DNA of 64,000 bases from an uncultured Pirellulales bacterium. GTDB taxonomy: Bacteria; Planctomycetota; Phycisphaerae; Sedimentisphaerales; Anaerobacaceae. Each line of letters begins with the position of its first letter. Positions within the stretch are counted from its first letter, which is position 1. The stretch lies in NCBI GenBank assembly GCA_964601355.1, contig CAZRNB010000001.1:825-64824 (forward strand), read 5' to 3'. This document shows positions 17,906 through 27,538 of this stretch, in pieces. The position numbers were made by a program, and so were the translations under genes. The notes under the pieces were generated by a model. That model saw only the letters and a list, made by a program, of their open reading frames with translations, was not told the origin of the DNA and did not search any database.

Positions 17906-18999
17906 AAGACACAAGGCCTATTCTTGGAATCACGATGGGCGATCCTCACGGCATCGGCCCGGAGGTTGCCGTCAAGGCCCTGTCAAATAAGGACGTCTAT
18001 TCGCTTTGCAGGCCCTTGCTTATCGGCGATGCCAATGTATTCAAGCAGGCTATTACTTTTACTCGTCCCGGCGTAGCGGGCCGGAGCGGGACAGGTTTGG
18101 AATTGAAAGTCCGGCCGGTGCAAAGTGAGACCGATGCTGATCCTTCGACTTTGCTCAGGACAAGTTTCGAGCCGGGCCAAATCGACGTGCTTCAGCCGCA
18201 AGGCGGCTGTGTCCAAGAACTAAAATACGGAACTATCTCGGCTCAGGCCGGTCAGGCCGCTTTTGCTGCAATTGAAAAGGCAATCGAGCTGGCTCTTGGC
18301 GGAAGGATTGATGCAGTAGTGACAGGCCCGATCAATAAAGAAGCGATACGTTCAGCGGGACATAACTTCCCCGGCCATACCGAGATATTCGCCCATTATA
18401 CGGCTACCAGCGATTACGCAATGCTTCTGATCCATGGCGACCTGAGAGTAGTTCATGTCACAACCCATATTCCTATTCAGCAAGTCAGCCAAGCGATTAA
18501 CCAAGCGCGCATCTTAAAAGTTATTAAGCTGGCGCACGACGCCTGCCAAAAGCTCGGCATAATCCATCCTCGAATCGGCGTAGCAGGATTGAATCCTCAT
18601 GCCGGTGAGGGAGGTTTGTTTGGCCAAGAGGAGCACGAGCACATCGCACCAGCCATCGAAGCGGCCAGATCTATTGGGATCAATGCCGAAGGCCCTATTC
18701 CGCCGGATACGTTATTTCCAAAGGCTATTGGCGGATGGTTCGATGTCTGCGTTGCCATGTATCACGACCAGGGACATATACCCTTAAAAGTGATGGGTTT
18801 TATCTGGGACAAGGAAAATAAGCGATTGTCTTCCGTCAACGGTGTCAATATCACACTGGGACTTCCCATTATAAGAACTTCGGTTGATCATGGCACAGCC
18901 TTCGATATTGCAGGCCGAGGCATTGCCTCGCCGGACAGTATGATAAGCGCGATTACATACGCCGTAATATTGGCGAACTCAAACAAGACACAGGAATGA
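17902..18999 (+). CDS. PdxA-family NAD-dependent phospho-hydroxyacid dehydrogenase/decarboxylase (PdxA2-like)
   Basis: LGITMGDPHGIGPE, VTGPINKEA, GHTE, NPHAGE, MYHDQGHIPLK and RTSVDHGTAFDIAG. Start overlaps the upstream stop (ATGA). Contains a repeat insertion (18064-18175). Confidence 0.9.
   Translation: MKDTRPILGITMGDPHGIGPEVAVKALSNKDVYSLCRPLLIGDANVFKQAITFTRPGVAGRSGTGLELKVRPVQSETDADPSTLLRTSFEPGQIDVLQPQGGCVQELKYGTISAQAGQAAFAAIEKAIELALGGRIDAVVTGPINKEAIRSAGHNFPGHTEIFAHYTATSDYAMLLIHGDLRVVHVTTHIPIQQVSQAINQARILKVIKLAHDACQKLGIIHPRIGVAGLNPHAGEGGLFGQEEHEHIAPAIEAARSIGINAEGPIPPDTLFPKAIGGWFDVCVAMYHDQGHIPLKVMGFIWDKENKRLSSVNGVNITLGLPIIRTSVDHGTAFDIAGRGIASPDSMISAITYAVILANSNKTQE
18064..18175. repeat. in-frame mosaic repeat insertion inside the PdxA-family gene
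   Basis: ccggcgtagcgggccggagcgggacaggtttgg...gatccttcgactttgctcaggacaagtttcgagccggg encodes RPGVAGRSGTGLELKVRPVQSETDADPSTLLRTSFEPG. It shares GGGACAGGTTTG with the dapF insert and CCTTCGACTT(T/C)GCTCAGGAC with 13185-13204. Confidence 0.65.
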
Positions 19000-20180
19000 T
19001 ACTTGCCGTAGCAGATGATATCAGTGGCGCCGCAGAGATCGCGGCGGTTGGACGGACATTCGGCCTAACAGCTCAGATCCAGACCAGGCTGCGGCTATCT
19101 CCGCCCAGACGAGTGAATGTCCCCAGGAGCACATCTTCTGATCTTGTGGTTGTTGATACGGACACCAGATACAGGACATGCGATTCAGCACGTGACATTG
19201 AGCAGGCGCTGGCAAATTGCGACAGGTCCGCAGTTGAGTGGTATTATAAAAAGGTGGATTCCGTGCTGCGCGGCAACGTGGCCGAAGAATTATGCGCCAT
19301 GATGCAGATTCTGCAAAAAGACAGGGCCATTCTGGCCCCGGCCAATCCGGCTAAGGCAAGAGTGATATCAAACGGGCAGTATTTCATCAATGGTCATCTT
19401 CTCCATGAAACAGACTTTGCGAACGACCCGGATTATCCGGCTACAACATCCGATGTCGTCAAGCTATTAAATGTGCCGAAAGGTTATCCTCTCCAGATAC
19501 GGACGTGGAGGACTTATGACAATAATGAGCAGGGCATCATCATCGCAGAAGCCCAAAGCATGAACGACCTGGTTCGATGGTCGCATTGCGTAGATGAGCA
19601 TACGCTGGCAGCGGGCGGCTACGACTTTTTCAGAACCTTGCTCGAGAAGAAACTTCCTTCGGTAAGAGCGCAATCTGAGATGGGCATTATTGCTGTCTCA
19701 GGCAAGAAGCTGTTTGTTTGCGGCAGCACATCGGAGACCTCAAGAAAGGCCGTCGCCCAGGCCGGCGATTTGGGCGTCACTGTGTGTCCTATGCCGGATA
19801 CCTTGTTTAATGATACTCCGGCTAATGATACTCTGCTGGCGCGATGGTCAGATGATGTTTTGAAGGCCTTGTCAAAATCCGGCTGCGTTATCATAGCAAT
19901 CCTTCAGCCGGTTGTGCGCGATTCTAAATTGGCACAAAATCTGCGTATGAAAACCGCCGCCTTAGTGCAAAGGGTGCTCAATAAGACAGCGATCCATGAG
20001 CTGTTCCTCGAAGGCGGGGCAACGGCGGAGGCCGTGCTGCACAAACTACGATGGGACACCTTCGACGTGCTCGCCGAATACGGACCTGGTGTAGTACAAA
20101 TGCGCGTCACACTGGAACCAGATAATTATGTCACTATCAAGCCTGGCAGCTATCCATGGCCTAAAAAGATTTGGATATAG
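18996..20180 (+). CDS. four-carbon acid-sugar kinase family protein (DUF1537-type)
   Basis: N-terminus ILAVADDISGAAEIAAV matches the ADDxTGA motif of DUF1537 kinases. Translationally coupled to the PdxA-family gene (ATGA overlap). Confidence 0.75.
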   Translation: MILAVADDISGAAEIAAVGRTFGLTAQIQTRLRLSPPRRVNVPRSTSSDLVVVDTDTRYRTCDSARDIEQALANCDRSAVEWYYKKVDSVLRGNVAEELCAMMQILQKDRAILAPANPAKARVISNGQYFINGHLLHETDFANDPDYPATTSDVVKLLNVPKGYPLQIRTWRTYDNNEQGIIIAEAQSMNDLVRWSHCVDEHTLAAGGYDFFRTLLEKKLPSVRAQSEMGIIAVSGKKLFVCGSTSETSRKAVAQAGDLGVTVCPMPDTLFNDTPANDTLLARWSDDVLKALSKSGCVIIAILQPVVRDSKLAQNLRMKTAALVQRVLNKTAIHELFLEGGATAEAVLHKLRWDTFDVLAEYGPGVVQMRVTLEPDNYVTIKPGSYPWPKKIWI

Positions 20181-20192
20181 AAAGGTTTCAAA

Positions 20193-21740
20193 ATGCCGTA
20201 TGAAAAGCTCCACTTGTTAGACTATCTCGTGGTCTTGTTATATCTGGGTGTCATTGTGTACATCAGTGCATACCTCTCCAAGAGACAAAAATCCACAGAA
20301 ACCTATTTTGCAGGCAATCGTTCGGTTCCTGCCTGGGCGGTGGGTATGTCCATGCTGGCCACAATTATCAGCAGTGTCACCTTCATAGCCTATCCGGGCG
20401 AAGGATTTACCGGGAACTGGATTCGTCTGGTTCAGGGATTAGCCGTGCCTGTGGTGCTTCTGGTCATTATCTGGTTCATTGTGCCCATGTATCGCCAGAT
20501 TATCGGGCTTAGCGCGTATGAGTACTTCGAAAAACGGTTTGGCTATTTCGCACGCTTGTATAGCTCATTGGCCTTTATTATGGCACATTTTACCAAGATG
20601 GGCTCGGTACTCTATCTGCTGGCTCTGGCGATAGCTTCCATGACGGGTATGAATACATACAATGTGATCCTGATATTAGGAGTGATAACAGTCCTCTACA
20701 CACTGATTGGGGGCATTGAAGCGGTTATCTGGACTGACGTCATTCAAGGATTCATCCTCATCGGCGGCGGGCTAACTTGTGCCGCTGTGTTACTGCTCAG
20801 GCCGGAGCAGGGGCCTGTGGCTGTGATACAGACAGCCTGGGAAAACGGCAAGATGGGCATGGGGCCTTTCGACTGGGACTTCAAACGCCTGACATTCTGG
20901 GTTATGGCCATCAACGGTATCTTCTATGCCATCCAAAAATACGGAACGGACCAAACCATCGTACAGCGATTCATCGTAACAAAGTCGAATAAAAGCGCCA
21001 TCAGAGCAACGCTCATGGGCGTACTATTATGTGTTCCTGTGTGGACGTTATTTATATTCATCGGCACATTACTATGGGTCTTTTACCGCACGTCAACCGC
21101 TAAACTTCCCGATGGCATTACAGGCGATGCGGTATTTCCCTATTTTATCATGTCACAACTTCCCCCCGGCGTGACCGGGTTAATCTTAACTGCACTGATC
21201 GCAGCAGCCATGTCCACTCTGGATTCGGATATGAACAGCTTAGCAGCGGTCGCCGTTGTGGACTACTATCGTCGTTTCAAGCCTCATGCCACGGACAAGC
21301 AATGCCTGACCATGGGAAAGATAATCGTCACTGTCAGCGGGCTGGCCTCGATCGGCATTGCGTGCCTGTACGTTCATTTTGGGGGCGAGGCCATCCTCGG
21401 CACGATTTTTGCCCTGTATGCAATTTTTTCCGGTGGTATTGCGGGCCTGTTTGTTTTGGGATTTCTAACGGTTCGCGCCAACCGCAAAGGTCTCTATGTC
21501 GGCATTGCGGCCTGTGTTCTATTTACGGCCTACGCGTTTTTAACCAGCACCAAGTTCGATCTGGGAGGACCCGAGACAATTCAAATACTCGATTTCGGCA
21601 GATTTAACTTCCCTCATCACAAGTACATGCTCGGCGTATATAGCCACATCGTACTTTTTGTTGTCGGCTACTTTGCGAGTTTTCTATTCCGCCCAGACAA
21701 GGACACCAGAAGCTTAACTCTCTACGGCTGGCGCCGTTAG
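20193..21740 (+). CDS. sodium:solute symporter (SSS family)
   Basis: 515 aa, about 13 TM helices. YFAGNRSVPAWAVGMSMLATIISSVTFIAYPG is typical of SSS transporters. Confidence 0.85.
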   Translation: MPYEKLHLLDYLVVLLYLGVIVYISAYLSKRQKSTETYFAGNRSVPAWAVGMSMLATIISSVTFIAYPGEGFTGNWIRLVQGLAVPVVLLVIIWFIVPMYRQIIGLSAYEYFEKRFGYFARLYSSLAFIMAHFTKMGSVLYLLALAIASMTGMNTYNVILILGVITVLYTLIGGIEAVIWTDVIQGFILIGGGLTCAAVLLLRPEQGPVAVIQTAWENGKMGMGPFDWDFKRLTFWVMAINGIFYAIQKYGTDQTIVQRFIVTKSNKSAIRATLMGVLLCVPVWTLFIFIGTLLWVFYRTSTAKLPDGITGDAVFPYFIMSQLPPGVTGLILTALIAAAMSTLDSDMNSLAAVAVVDYYRRFKPHATDKQCLTMGKIIVTVSGLASIGIACLYVHFGGEAILGTIFALYAIFSGGIAGLFVLGFLTVRANRKGLYVGIAACVLFTAYAFLTSTKFDLGGPETIQILDFGRFNFPHHKYMLGVYSHIVLFVVGYFASFLFRPDKDTRSLTLYGWRR

Positions 21741-21804
21741 AAATACACAATTTTAGGAAGGCAGGTAAATTTCTTGCGATAATTGTGCCGATAAATTAAA
21801 ATTA

Positions 21805-21862
21805 GGATACCACGTGGGCAGCAGTGGCATACGCCACGCCGTGTGCCGGTATCCCACTGTGG
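21805..21862. repeat. nested hairpin repeat GGATACC...GTGGC-ATAC-GCCAC...GGTATCC directly upstream of clpX
   Basis: ggataccacgtgggcagcagtggcatacgccacgccgtgtgccggtatcccactgtgg. A shortened copy ggataccacgtggagtatcccacagtgg lies inside the S41 peptidase ORF at 37124-37151. Confidence 0.65.
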
Positions 21863-21875
21863 AAGGAAGGTAATA

Positions 21876-23147
21876 ATGGCCAAGCAATCAAATATGAAAG
21901 GGCCGAAAGCAATCTGCAGCTTCTGCGGACGATCGGCAAGCCAGGCTGATACGCTCATAGAGGGCCCGAACAGGGTTTTTATTTGTCCGGAATGCGTTGA
22001 GCTTTGCCATAACATCATTCGACAAAACCGAAAACATCCCGTCCGCACAAGTACAAATCTGCGAGAATTGCCCAAGCCAAAGGAAATAAAAGCGTTTCTC
22101 GACCAATATGTAATCGGGCAGGAGCACGCCAAAAAATATCTCTCCGTCGCCGTGCACAATCATTACAAACGGCTCCTCCATAGTGACACAGCCGACAGCG
22201 ACATCGAGATAGACAAATCCAATGTGCTGCTAATCGGGCCGACCGGCAGCGGCAAAACGCTGCTCGCCCGCACGCTGGCCCGGAAATTAGAAGTGCCGTT
22301 TGCGATATGCGACGCCACCACCGTTACCGAGGCCGGCTACGTCGGTGAAGACGTCGAAAATTTCCTGCTGCGGCTGCTGCAGAACGCCGACTACGACCTG
22401 GAAGCCGCCCAGCGAGGCATTGTCTATATCGACGAAATCGACAAAATAGGCAAAACTTATCAAAATATCTCAATCACCCGTGACGTCTCCGGCGAAGGTG
22501 TGCAGCAGGCACTATTAAAGATGCTGGAAGGAACAACCGCTAATATCCCGCCCCAAGGGGGAAGAAAGCATCCGGAGCAGACCTATATACAAATGGACAC
22601 CACGCAAATACTTTTTATATGCGGCGGAACCTTCATAGCCCTGGACAATATCATCAAAAAACGTTTGGGCAGAAAAATGATCGGCTTCGGCTCGGAAATA
22701 TCCGGCAGAACCGATGAAAAAACAGAGTATAGCGACATCCTCAGACAGGTTACTCCTGAAGACCTAATAGAGTTCGGCATGATACCGGAGTTCGTCGGAA
22801 GATTGCCTGTAATTGCCAATCTTGACGCACTCGATGAAAAGGTGCTTATGGAAATATTAACCAGGCCGAAAAACGCATTGATAAAGCAGTATCAGAGATT
22901 CTTCGAGATGGAGGATGCCGGGCTGGAATTTACAACGGGCGCCTTACAATCGCTGGCTCAAAAGGCGCTCAAGCGGGACACAGGCGCCAGGGCTCTTCGT
23001 GCAATTACTGAGGAGCTGATGGTGGACCTGATGTACCAGCTTCCGGATGAATCCAGAGGCGCAAAATACGTAATTACCCGTGACATTGTCGAAGGCAAAG
23101 CCGACCTATTCACTGCAAAACAAACGAGAAAAAAAGAATCCGCTTAA
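21876..23147 (+). CDS. clpX: ATP-dependent Clp protease ATP-binding subunit ClpX
   Basis: Zinc finger CSFCGRS...CPEC, Walker [14 protein letters not shown] and the ClpX-typical IGF-like loop region. ATG at 21876 is preceded by GGAAGGAAGG. Confidence 0.95.
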   Translation: MAKQSNMKGPKAICSFCGRSASQADTLIEGPNRVFICPECVELCHNIIRQNRKHPVRTSTNLRELPKPKEIKAFLDQYVIGQEHAKKYLSVAVHNHYKRLLHSDTADSDIEIDKSNVLLIGPTGSGKTLLARTLARKLEVPFAICDATTVTEAGYVGEDVENFLLRLLQNADYDLEAAQRGIVYIDEIDKIGKTYQNISITRDVSGEGVQQALLKMLEGTTANIPPQGGRKHPEQTYIQMDTTQILFICGGTFIALDNIIKKRLGRKMIGFGSEISGRTDEKTEYSDILRQVTPEDLIEFGMIPEFVGRLPVIANLDALDEKVLMEILTRPKNALIKQYQRFFEMEDAGLEFTTGALQSLAQKALKRDTGARALRAITEELMVDLMYQLPDESRGAKYVITRDIVEGKADLFTAKQTRKKESA

Positions 23148-23154
23148 GTCTGTT

Positions 23155-23228
23155 GATCGATACTCGATGCTTTGATGCTCTCCACAGGACACCTTTCGGC
23201 GGGCGAGTATCGAATATCCAGGATCGAG
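23155..23228. repeat. hairpin element: 7-mer arms (TCGATAC/GAGTATC type) around the 22-nt core, between convergent clpX and the L,D-transpeptidase gene
   Basis: gatcgatactcgatgctttgatgct-CTCCACAGGACACCTTTCGGCG-ggcgagtatcgaatatccaggatcgag, where tcgatactcg pairs with cgagtatcga. Likely a bidirectional terminator. Confidence 0.7.
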
Positions 23229-24308
23229 TTAATCTACGACTCTGACCTGCGAATGAACCGGCACTAACATATTATAAAGGAGTATTGCATCACCATTATG
23301 CAGACGAATACAACCTCTGGATTCGGCAGCACCAATCGTATCCGGCTCTTTTGTGCCGTGAATACCAAAGCCGGTTCGGTCCCTGGCTGGTCCTTCCACG
23401 CCTTGCAGCTCAATCCATCTTGAGCCTAAGGGATAATCCGGATCGGTAGGCTTATATACCCGATGTGTATCAGGGTCTGTCCAAATGGGCTTTTCCATTT
23501 TTCCATCTTTTTTCACACGCCAGAGCCCTAACGGCGTTTCCTTGCCCGGCTTGCCAAGCCCCACGGGGAAGCTACGAATGTAAGTATTCTGCAGATATAA
23601 ATCCATTGTAAAAGTCGAACGATTTACCTTAGCATTGAAAGGGCCATTAATGGCCTTTATAGTCTGTCCGACCTGTAGTGCCTGCGGACTGCTGATATTG
23701 TTAATCTGCATTAAAATCTCATAAGGCACTTTATACCGCTCACCAATTATTCTTAGCTCATCACCCTGTTTGATTCTATAACTGCTGCAAATTTTATCAT
23801 CCGGAAAAAGACTTTTGCTGAAGAGCCAGCGCTCTGAGAGACCGGTTAGCTGCCCTTTAATAAATTCTCGCTGCCTGGCGTCACGGCATATTATTAGCGC
23901 ATCATTCAACCTGTCGCGTGCCTCTATAACCAAGCTGGGCTGACTGTTGATCAGCGCCATAGCCTCGCGAATAATCTCGGCGACCTTAGGATCCGATTGA
24001 ATCGCTGATTTCGATAAAAGACTTACCACATTAGGCTCAAGCCTGGATCCTGCCGCCAAGGTCGCAACAGACTGTGGCGTTTTGATGCCTAAATCAGGCT
24101 CAGGCAAACTCTTAGCCACGGCTTTTTCATTTCCCTCGGCCACGCTCTCCACAGGACGCCTGTCGGCGGGGGCAGATTTGCCGAAAGGACCGAGACCGTA
24201 AATCACGGCAATTATCGCAACAATGATAAGAAGAGCTAAAATGATGTATATTCCATTTGTGCTCAGGCTTATCCGTCTGCCAGGCAATGGGAAAGGAAAA
24301 CGAGCCAT
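23229..24308 (-). CDS. L,D-transpeptidase (YkuD) with LysM domain, membrane-anchored
   Basis: LysM: YRIKQGDELRIIGERYKVPYEILMQINNISSPQALQVGQTIK. YkuD: GFGIHGT...SRGCIRL. The ATG at 24308 has an AAGGAG RBS; the ORF-track start at 24335 is less likely. Confidence 0.85.
   Translation of the reverse strand: MARFPFPLPGRRISLSTNGIYIILALLIIVAIIAVIYGLGPFGKSAPADRRPVESVAEGNEKAVAKSLPEPDLGIKTPQSVATLAAGSRLEPNVVSLLSKSAIQSDPKVAEIIREAMALINSQPSLVIEARDRLNDALIICRDARQREFIKGQLTGLSERWLFSKSLFPDDKICSSYRIKQGDELRIIGERYKVPYEILMQINNISSPQALQVGQTIKAINGPFNAKVNRSTFTMDLYLQNTYIRSFPVGLGKPGKETPLGLWRVKKDGKMEKPIWTDPDTHRVYKPTDPDYPLGSRWIELQGVEGPARDRTGFGIHGTKEPDTIGAAESRGCIRLHNGDAILLYNMLVPVHSQVRVVD
24147..24168. repeat. diverged copy of the 22-nt core inside the L,D-transpeptidase linker
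   Basis: ctccacaggacGcctGtcggcg has 2 differences from the copy at 23180-23201. It encodes ADRRPVES. Confidence 0.55.
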
Positions 24309-24309
24309 A

Positions 24310-24894
24310 TTAATCTCCTTTTCTACGGCTTTCAAAATACAGTATCTCTTCGTCGGTTACTAAAAAATCTACCGGCTCATCGCACTCCGTTACCGGTATT
24401 GAGCTGACCACCTGCTCTTCAAAAGCAAAGCCACACCGAAAGGCCCGAAGCTGCTTATTACTGAAAAGCCTGTCATAGAAGGAACCGCCTCTGCCGAGAC
24501 GATGGCCTTTCCTGTCAAATCCCAACGCCGGGGCAACCACTAAATCGATTTCCTCAAACGGTATCGGTATGCCTGTCACCGGATTCCGCAGTCCTGAAAC
24601 CTCTATGGTAAAATCCGTCTCCAATGAGTTGATTTGCACGGGTATCATGTGCCTTTGCTGCCATGAAATTTTCGGCACCGCGACAGTTTTACCGAGCTGC
24701 CAGGCCTGAAGTATAGCCTCAGAGGTGTCCACCTCATGGGGAAGTGATAAATACATCATAATCGTCGAAGCATCCTGAAATTCCTTCGTTGAAATCAGAT
24801 TCCGACAGGCCTTGTGACTTTTCTCAACACGCTGCTTTTCATCGATCTCGAATATACAATTTTTTAACTCACACCGCAATCGGCCTTTATCCAT
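24310..24894 (-). CDS. 5-formyltetrahydrofolate cyclo-ligase
   Basis: 194 aa. VAVPKI..., GFDRKGHRLGRGGSFYDR matches the 5-FCL family signature. Confidence 0.8.
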   Translation of the reverse strand: MDKGRLRCELKNCIFEIDEKQRVEKSHKACRNLISTKEFQDASTIMMYLSLPHEVDTSEAILQAWQLGKTVAVPKISWQQRHMIPVQINSLETDFTIEVSGLRNPVTGIPIPFEEIDLVVAPALGFDRKGHRLGRGGSFYDRLFSNKQLRAFRCGFAFEEQVVSSIPVTECDEPVDFLVTDEEILYFESRRKGD

Positions 24895-26283
24895 TCAATA
24901 ATCCTTCGTTTCAGAAATATCTTTATCAGATTTGCTATTTTGTACCAACGTTTGAAACTTTTGTAAATAATGCCTGATATTTTTTTCATATCCGATTTCT
25001 TTTGGCTCATAATATTTGCTCTTCATCGCCGTCGGAAAATACTCCTGTGGCACAAAGCCATTCTCAAAATCGTGCGGATATTTATAATCAGCCCCATAGC
25101 CCAGCTTTTTCGCAGCCGGGTAATGACTATCCTTCAGATGCTTAGGCACAGGTTTAATCGGCTGCTCTTTAACATCGGCCATAGCCTTCCATATAGCCTT
25201 CGCTGCTGCGTTTGATTTTGGAGCACAAGCCACATATAAGGCCGCCTGCGCCAGAGCGAGCTGCGCTTCCGGCAAACCCACGAATTCGGAAATTTGAATA
25301 GCCGCTGCCGCCAGCACCGCTGCCATAGGGTCGGCATTTCCAACGTCCTCGGCTGCACAAACCGCAATCCGCCTCGCGATAAAACGCGTATCTTCTCCGC
25401 CGGCTATCAGCCGGGCAAGCCAATAAACAGTAGCATCAGGATCGCTGCCCCTCATGCTCTTCTGCAGCGCACTTGCCAAATCGTAGTGCGTATCGCCCGT
25501 ACGGTCATAGACAATAGCCTTTTGTTGTATCGACTCTTTAGCAGCTTCCAAATTAAATATTATTTCTCCTTTATGCTTCCGGGCGGATTGTGATAAGATG
25601 CCTATCTCCAGTGCCGTTAAAGCCCTTCGGGCATCACCATCGCACATCACGGCTAAGTATTTAAGCGCATTTTCATCCGCCTGGATGTCGAATTTGCCCA
25701 GGCCACGTTCAGAATCAACAATCGCTCTTTGCATCAACAATAGAATATCCTGCTGACTTAGCGGCTCAAAATGAAAGACGGTGCTGCGGGAAATTAACGG
25801 CGAATTTATCGCAAAGTATGGATTTTCCGTCGTAGCGCCTATGAGAATCAAGACACCGGCTTCAACATCATCCAGCAATACATCCTGCTGGGCCCGGTTG
25901 AAGCGGTGGATTTCATCAATAAAAAGCACCGTCCTGCCGCCGCTAACAGCGAGTCTGTCTTTCGCAGCAGTAATTATCTCGCGAATATCCTTCACGCTGG
26001 CAGCCGGTGCACTTAAATAATAGAATTTGGCCTTGGTATAATTAGCGATGACCATCGCTAATGAGGTTTTGCCTACGCCGGGCGGGCCATAAAATATCAG
26101 GCTGGTCAGCTTGTCGGCTGCAAGAATCCGAGTTAACAGCTTATCAGGCCCAAGGAAGTGACTTTGCCCGATAAATTCATCGAGATTTTTCGGCCTCATC
26201 CGCACCGCTAAAGGCTCGGCTGAGACTATATTGGCCTTTTCGTGTGAATCAAACAGCTTTTTATCGGTCGAATCTTTGCGCAT
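24895..26283 (-). CDS. rarA: replication-associated recombination protein A (RarA/MgsA)
   Basis: LAVRMRPKNLDEFIGQ, Walker A GPPGVGKTS, DEIHRFN, and a MgsA C-terminal domain (YDLASALQKSMRGSDPDA, YAKAP-like). Confidence 0.9.
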   Translation of the reverse strand: MRKDSTDKKLFDSHEKANIVSAEPLAVRMRPKNLDEFIGQSHFLGPDKLLTRILAADKLTSLIFYGPPGVGKTSLAMVIANYTKAKFYYLSAPAASVKDIREIITAAKDRLAVSGGRTVLFIDEIHRFNRAQQDVLLDDVEAGVLILIGATTENPYFAINSPLISRSTVFHFEPLSQQDILLLMQRAIVDSERGLGKFDIQADENALKYLAVMCDGDARRALTALEIGILSQSARKHKGEIIFNLEAAKESIQQKAIVYDRTGDTHYDLASALQKSMRGSDPDATVYWLARLIAGGEDTRFIARRIAVCAAEDVGNADPMAAVLAAAAIQISEFVGLPEAQLALAQAALYVACAPKSNAAAKAIWKAMADVKEQPIKPVPKHLKDSHYPAAKKLGYGADYKYPHDFENGFVPQEYFPTAMKSKYYEPKEIGYEKNIRHYLQKFQTLVQNSKSDKDISETKDY

Positions 26284-26370
26284 CGAAGATATTATATGCT
26301 GACCACTTAAAACTGTCGAAAATTTATTTTCTGCCGATCGTAGGATATGCCACGCATACCATATTCTTGT

Positions 26371-27384
26371 CTAAACCGTCCGGTTGGCCATAAATTTAGC
26401 CGTTTCAATCAAAGCCTCTTTAGCACGGCTTTCCTTCAGGCTGGTTATGGCCGATAGTGCCGCATCGAGAAAATCCTGTGCCCGGCTGTGCGCATATTTT
26501 AAACTCCCATGATCCGTCAGCATTTCCAGAAGCTTTTCCTTATCAACTCCTGATGTTTGGTTGAACGTATCATGGACCTTTTTCCCCTCTTTATCATCGA
26601 CAACTCTCAGCAGATGTATTACAGCTAAAGTCAGCTTATACTTGTTGACGTCGCTGCCGGCCGTTTTTCCGGTTTGGTTTTCATCGCCGGTCAGGTCAAG
26701 CAAATCATCGGCAATTTGAAATGCTATACCGGCATTGAGACCAAAAAGCTTAAGCGATTGGACATGAGTTTCACTTCCGCCAGCCAGAAGGGCACCAACA
26801 CCGCAACAATCACTAAAGAGAGCAGCACTTTTTTCGGTGATTATATCAATATATTCCGACTCACTTAGCTGCCAATTATGCCTCTGTATCACCTGCCTTA
26901 ATTCACCTTCACAGGTTCGCGCAGCAGCAGAAGCAATCACGTTAATGACCTTTGGCTCCAAATCGGAGCATATCTTAAAAACCCGGCTTAACAGGAAATC
27001 GCCCAATATTACGGCTGATTCGTTGCCCCAAAGCTTGTTTATGGTAGGCTGTCCTCGTCGCTTTTGCCCTTCATCTATAACGTCGTCGTGCAGCAGCGTA
27101 GCATTATGAATCATCTCAACAACTGCTGCAATTCTTATATGCTCATCAGCAATTTTGCCAACGGCGCTGCCGGCAAGCAAAACCAGGCCCGGCCGAAGCA
27201 TTTTTCCAGGACGGCTGTTTATATATTGGAGTAATTGCTCAATATCCCCTGCTTTTACAGGGACGGCCAACTGTTTATTGATCAGCTCTCTTACCTGGTC
27301 TAACTTGACTTCGATAAGTTTAAAAGGAGGGATGCCGCTGCGTGGAATCCTATCGGTTATATCGGTATGTATTGGTAACTCCAT
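26371..27384 (-). CDS. polyprenyl diphosphate synthase (IspB/heptaprenyl-octaprenyl type)
   Basis: First DDxxD: LLHDDVIDEGQKRRG. Second: FQIADDLLD. Confidence 0.9.
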   Translation of the reverse strand: MELPIHTDITDRIPRSGIPPFKLIEVKLDQVRELINKQLAVPVKAGDIEQLLQYINSRPGKMLRPGLVLLAGSAVGKIADEHIRIAAVVEMIHNATLLHDDVIDEGQKRRGQPTINKLWGNESAVILGDFLLSRVFKICSDLEPKVINVIASAAARTCEGELRQVIQRHNWQLSESEYIDIITEKSAALFSDCCGVGALLAGGSETHVQSLKLFGLNAGIAFQIADDLLDLTGDENQTGKTAGSDVNKYKLTLAVIHLLRVVDDKEGKKVHDTFNQTSGVDKEKLLEMLTDHGSLKYAHSRAQDFLDAALSAITSLKESRAKEALIETAKFMANRTV

Positions 27385-27431
27385 ATATCGTAGGTCAGCA
27401 GACAGCGTTCAGCGTACAGGAAAAATAAGAC

Positions 27432-27514
27432 GAATTTGAATTAAGAATTGAGAATGTAGAATTTAGAATTAAACTTTTCCCTTTTCTCAATTCTCAATTC
27501 TAACTTCTAAATTC
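27432..27514. repeat. hairpin element, family A (AGAATTG/TAGAATT 7-mer arms)
   Basis: gaatttgaattaagaattgagaatgtagaatttagaatt-loop-tctcaattctcaattctaacttctaaattc followed by a T-run. 3' of ilvE. Related copies at 44293-44376 and 54013-54068. Confidence 0.75.
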
Positions 27515-27538
27515 TTTTTTTGCCTGATATTCAGATTT

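Noticed and set aside
21737-22159. 140-aa minus-strand ORF across the clpX promoter and start
   Set aside because: It is antisense to clpX and spans the hairpin repeat. It is Cys/Arg-rich junk translation.
21876-23147. clpX without an adjacent clpP as an anomaly
   Set aside because: clpP is often encoded elsewhere, and the window cannot show absence from the genome. Not reportable as unusual.
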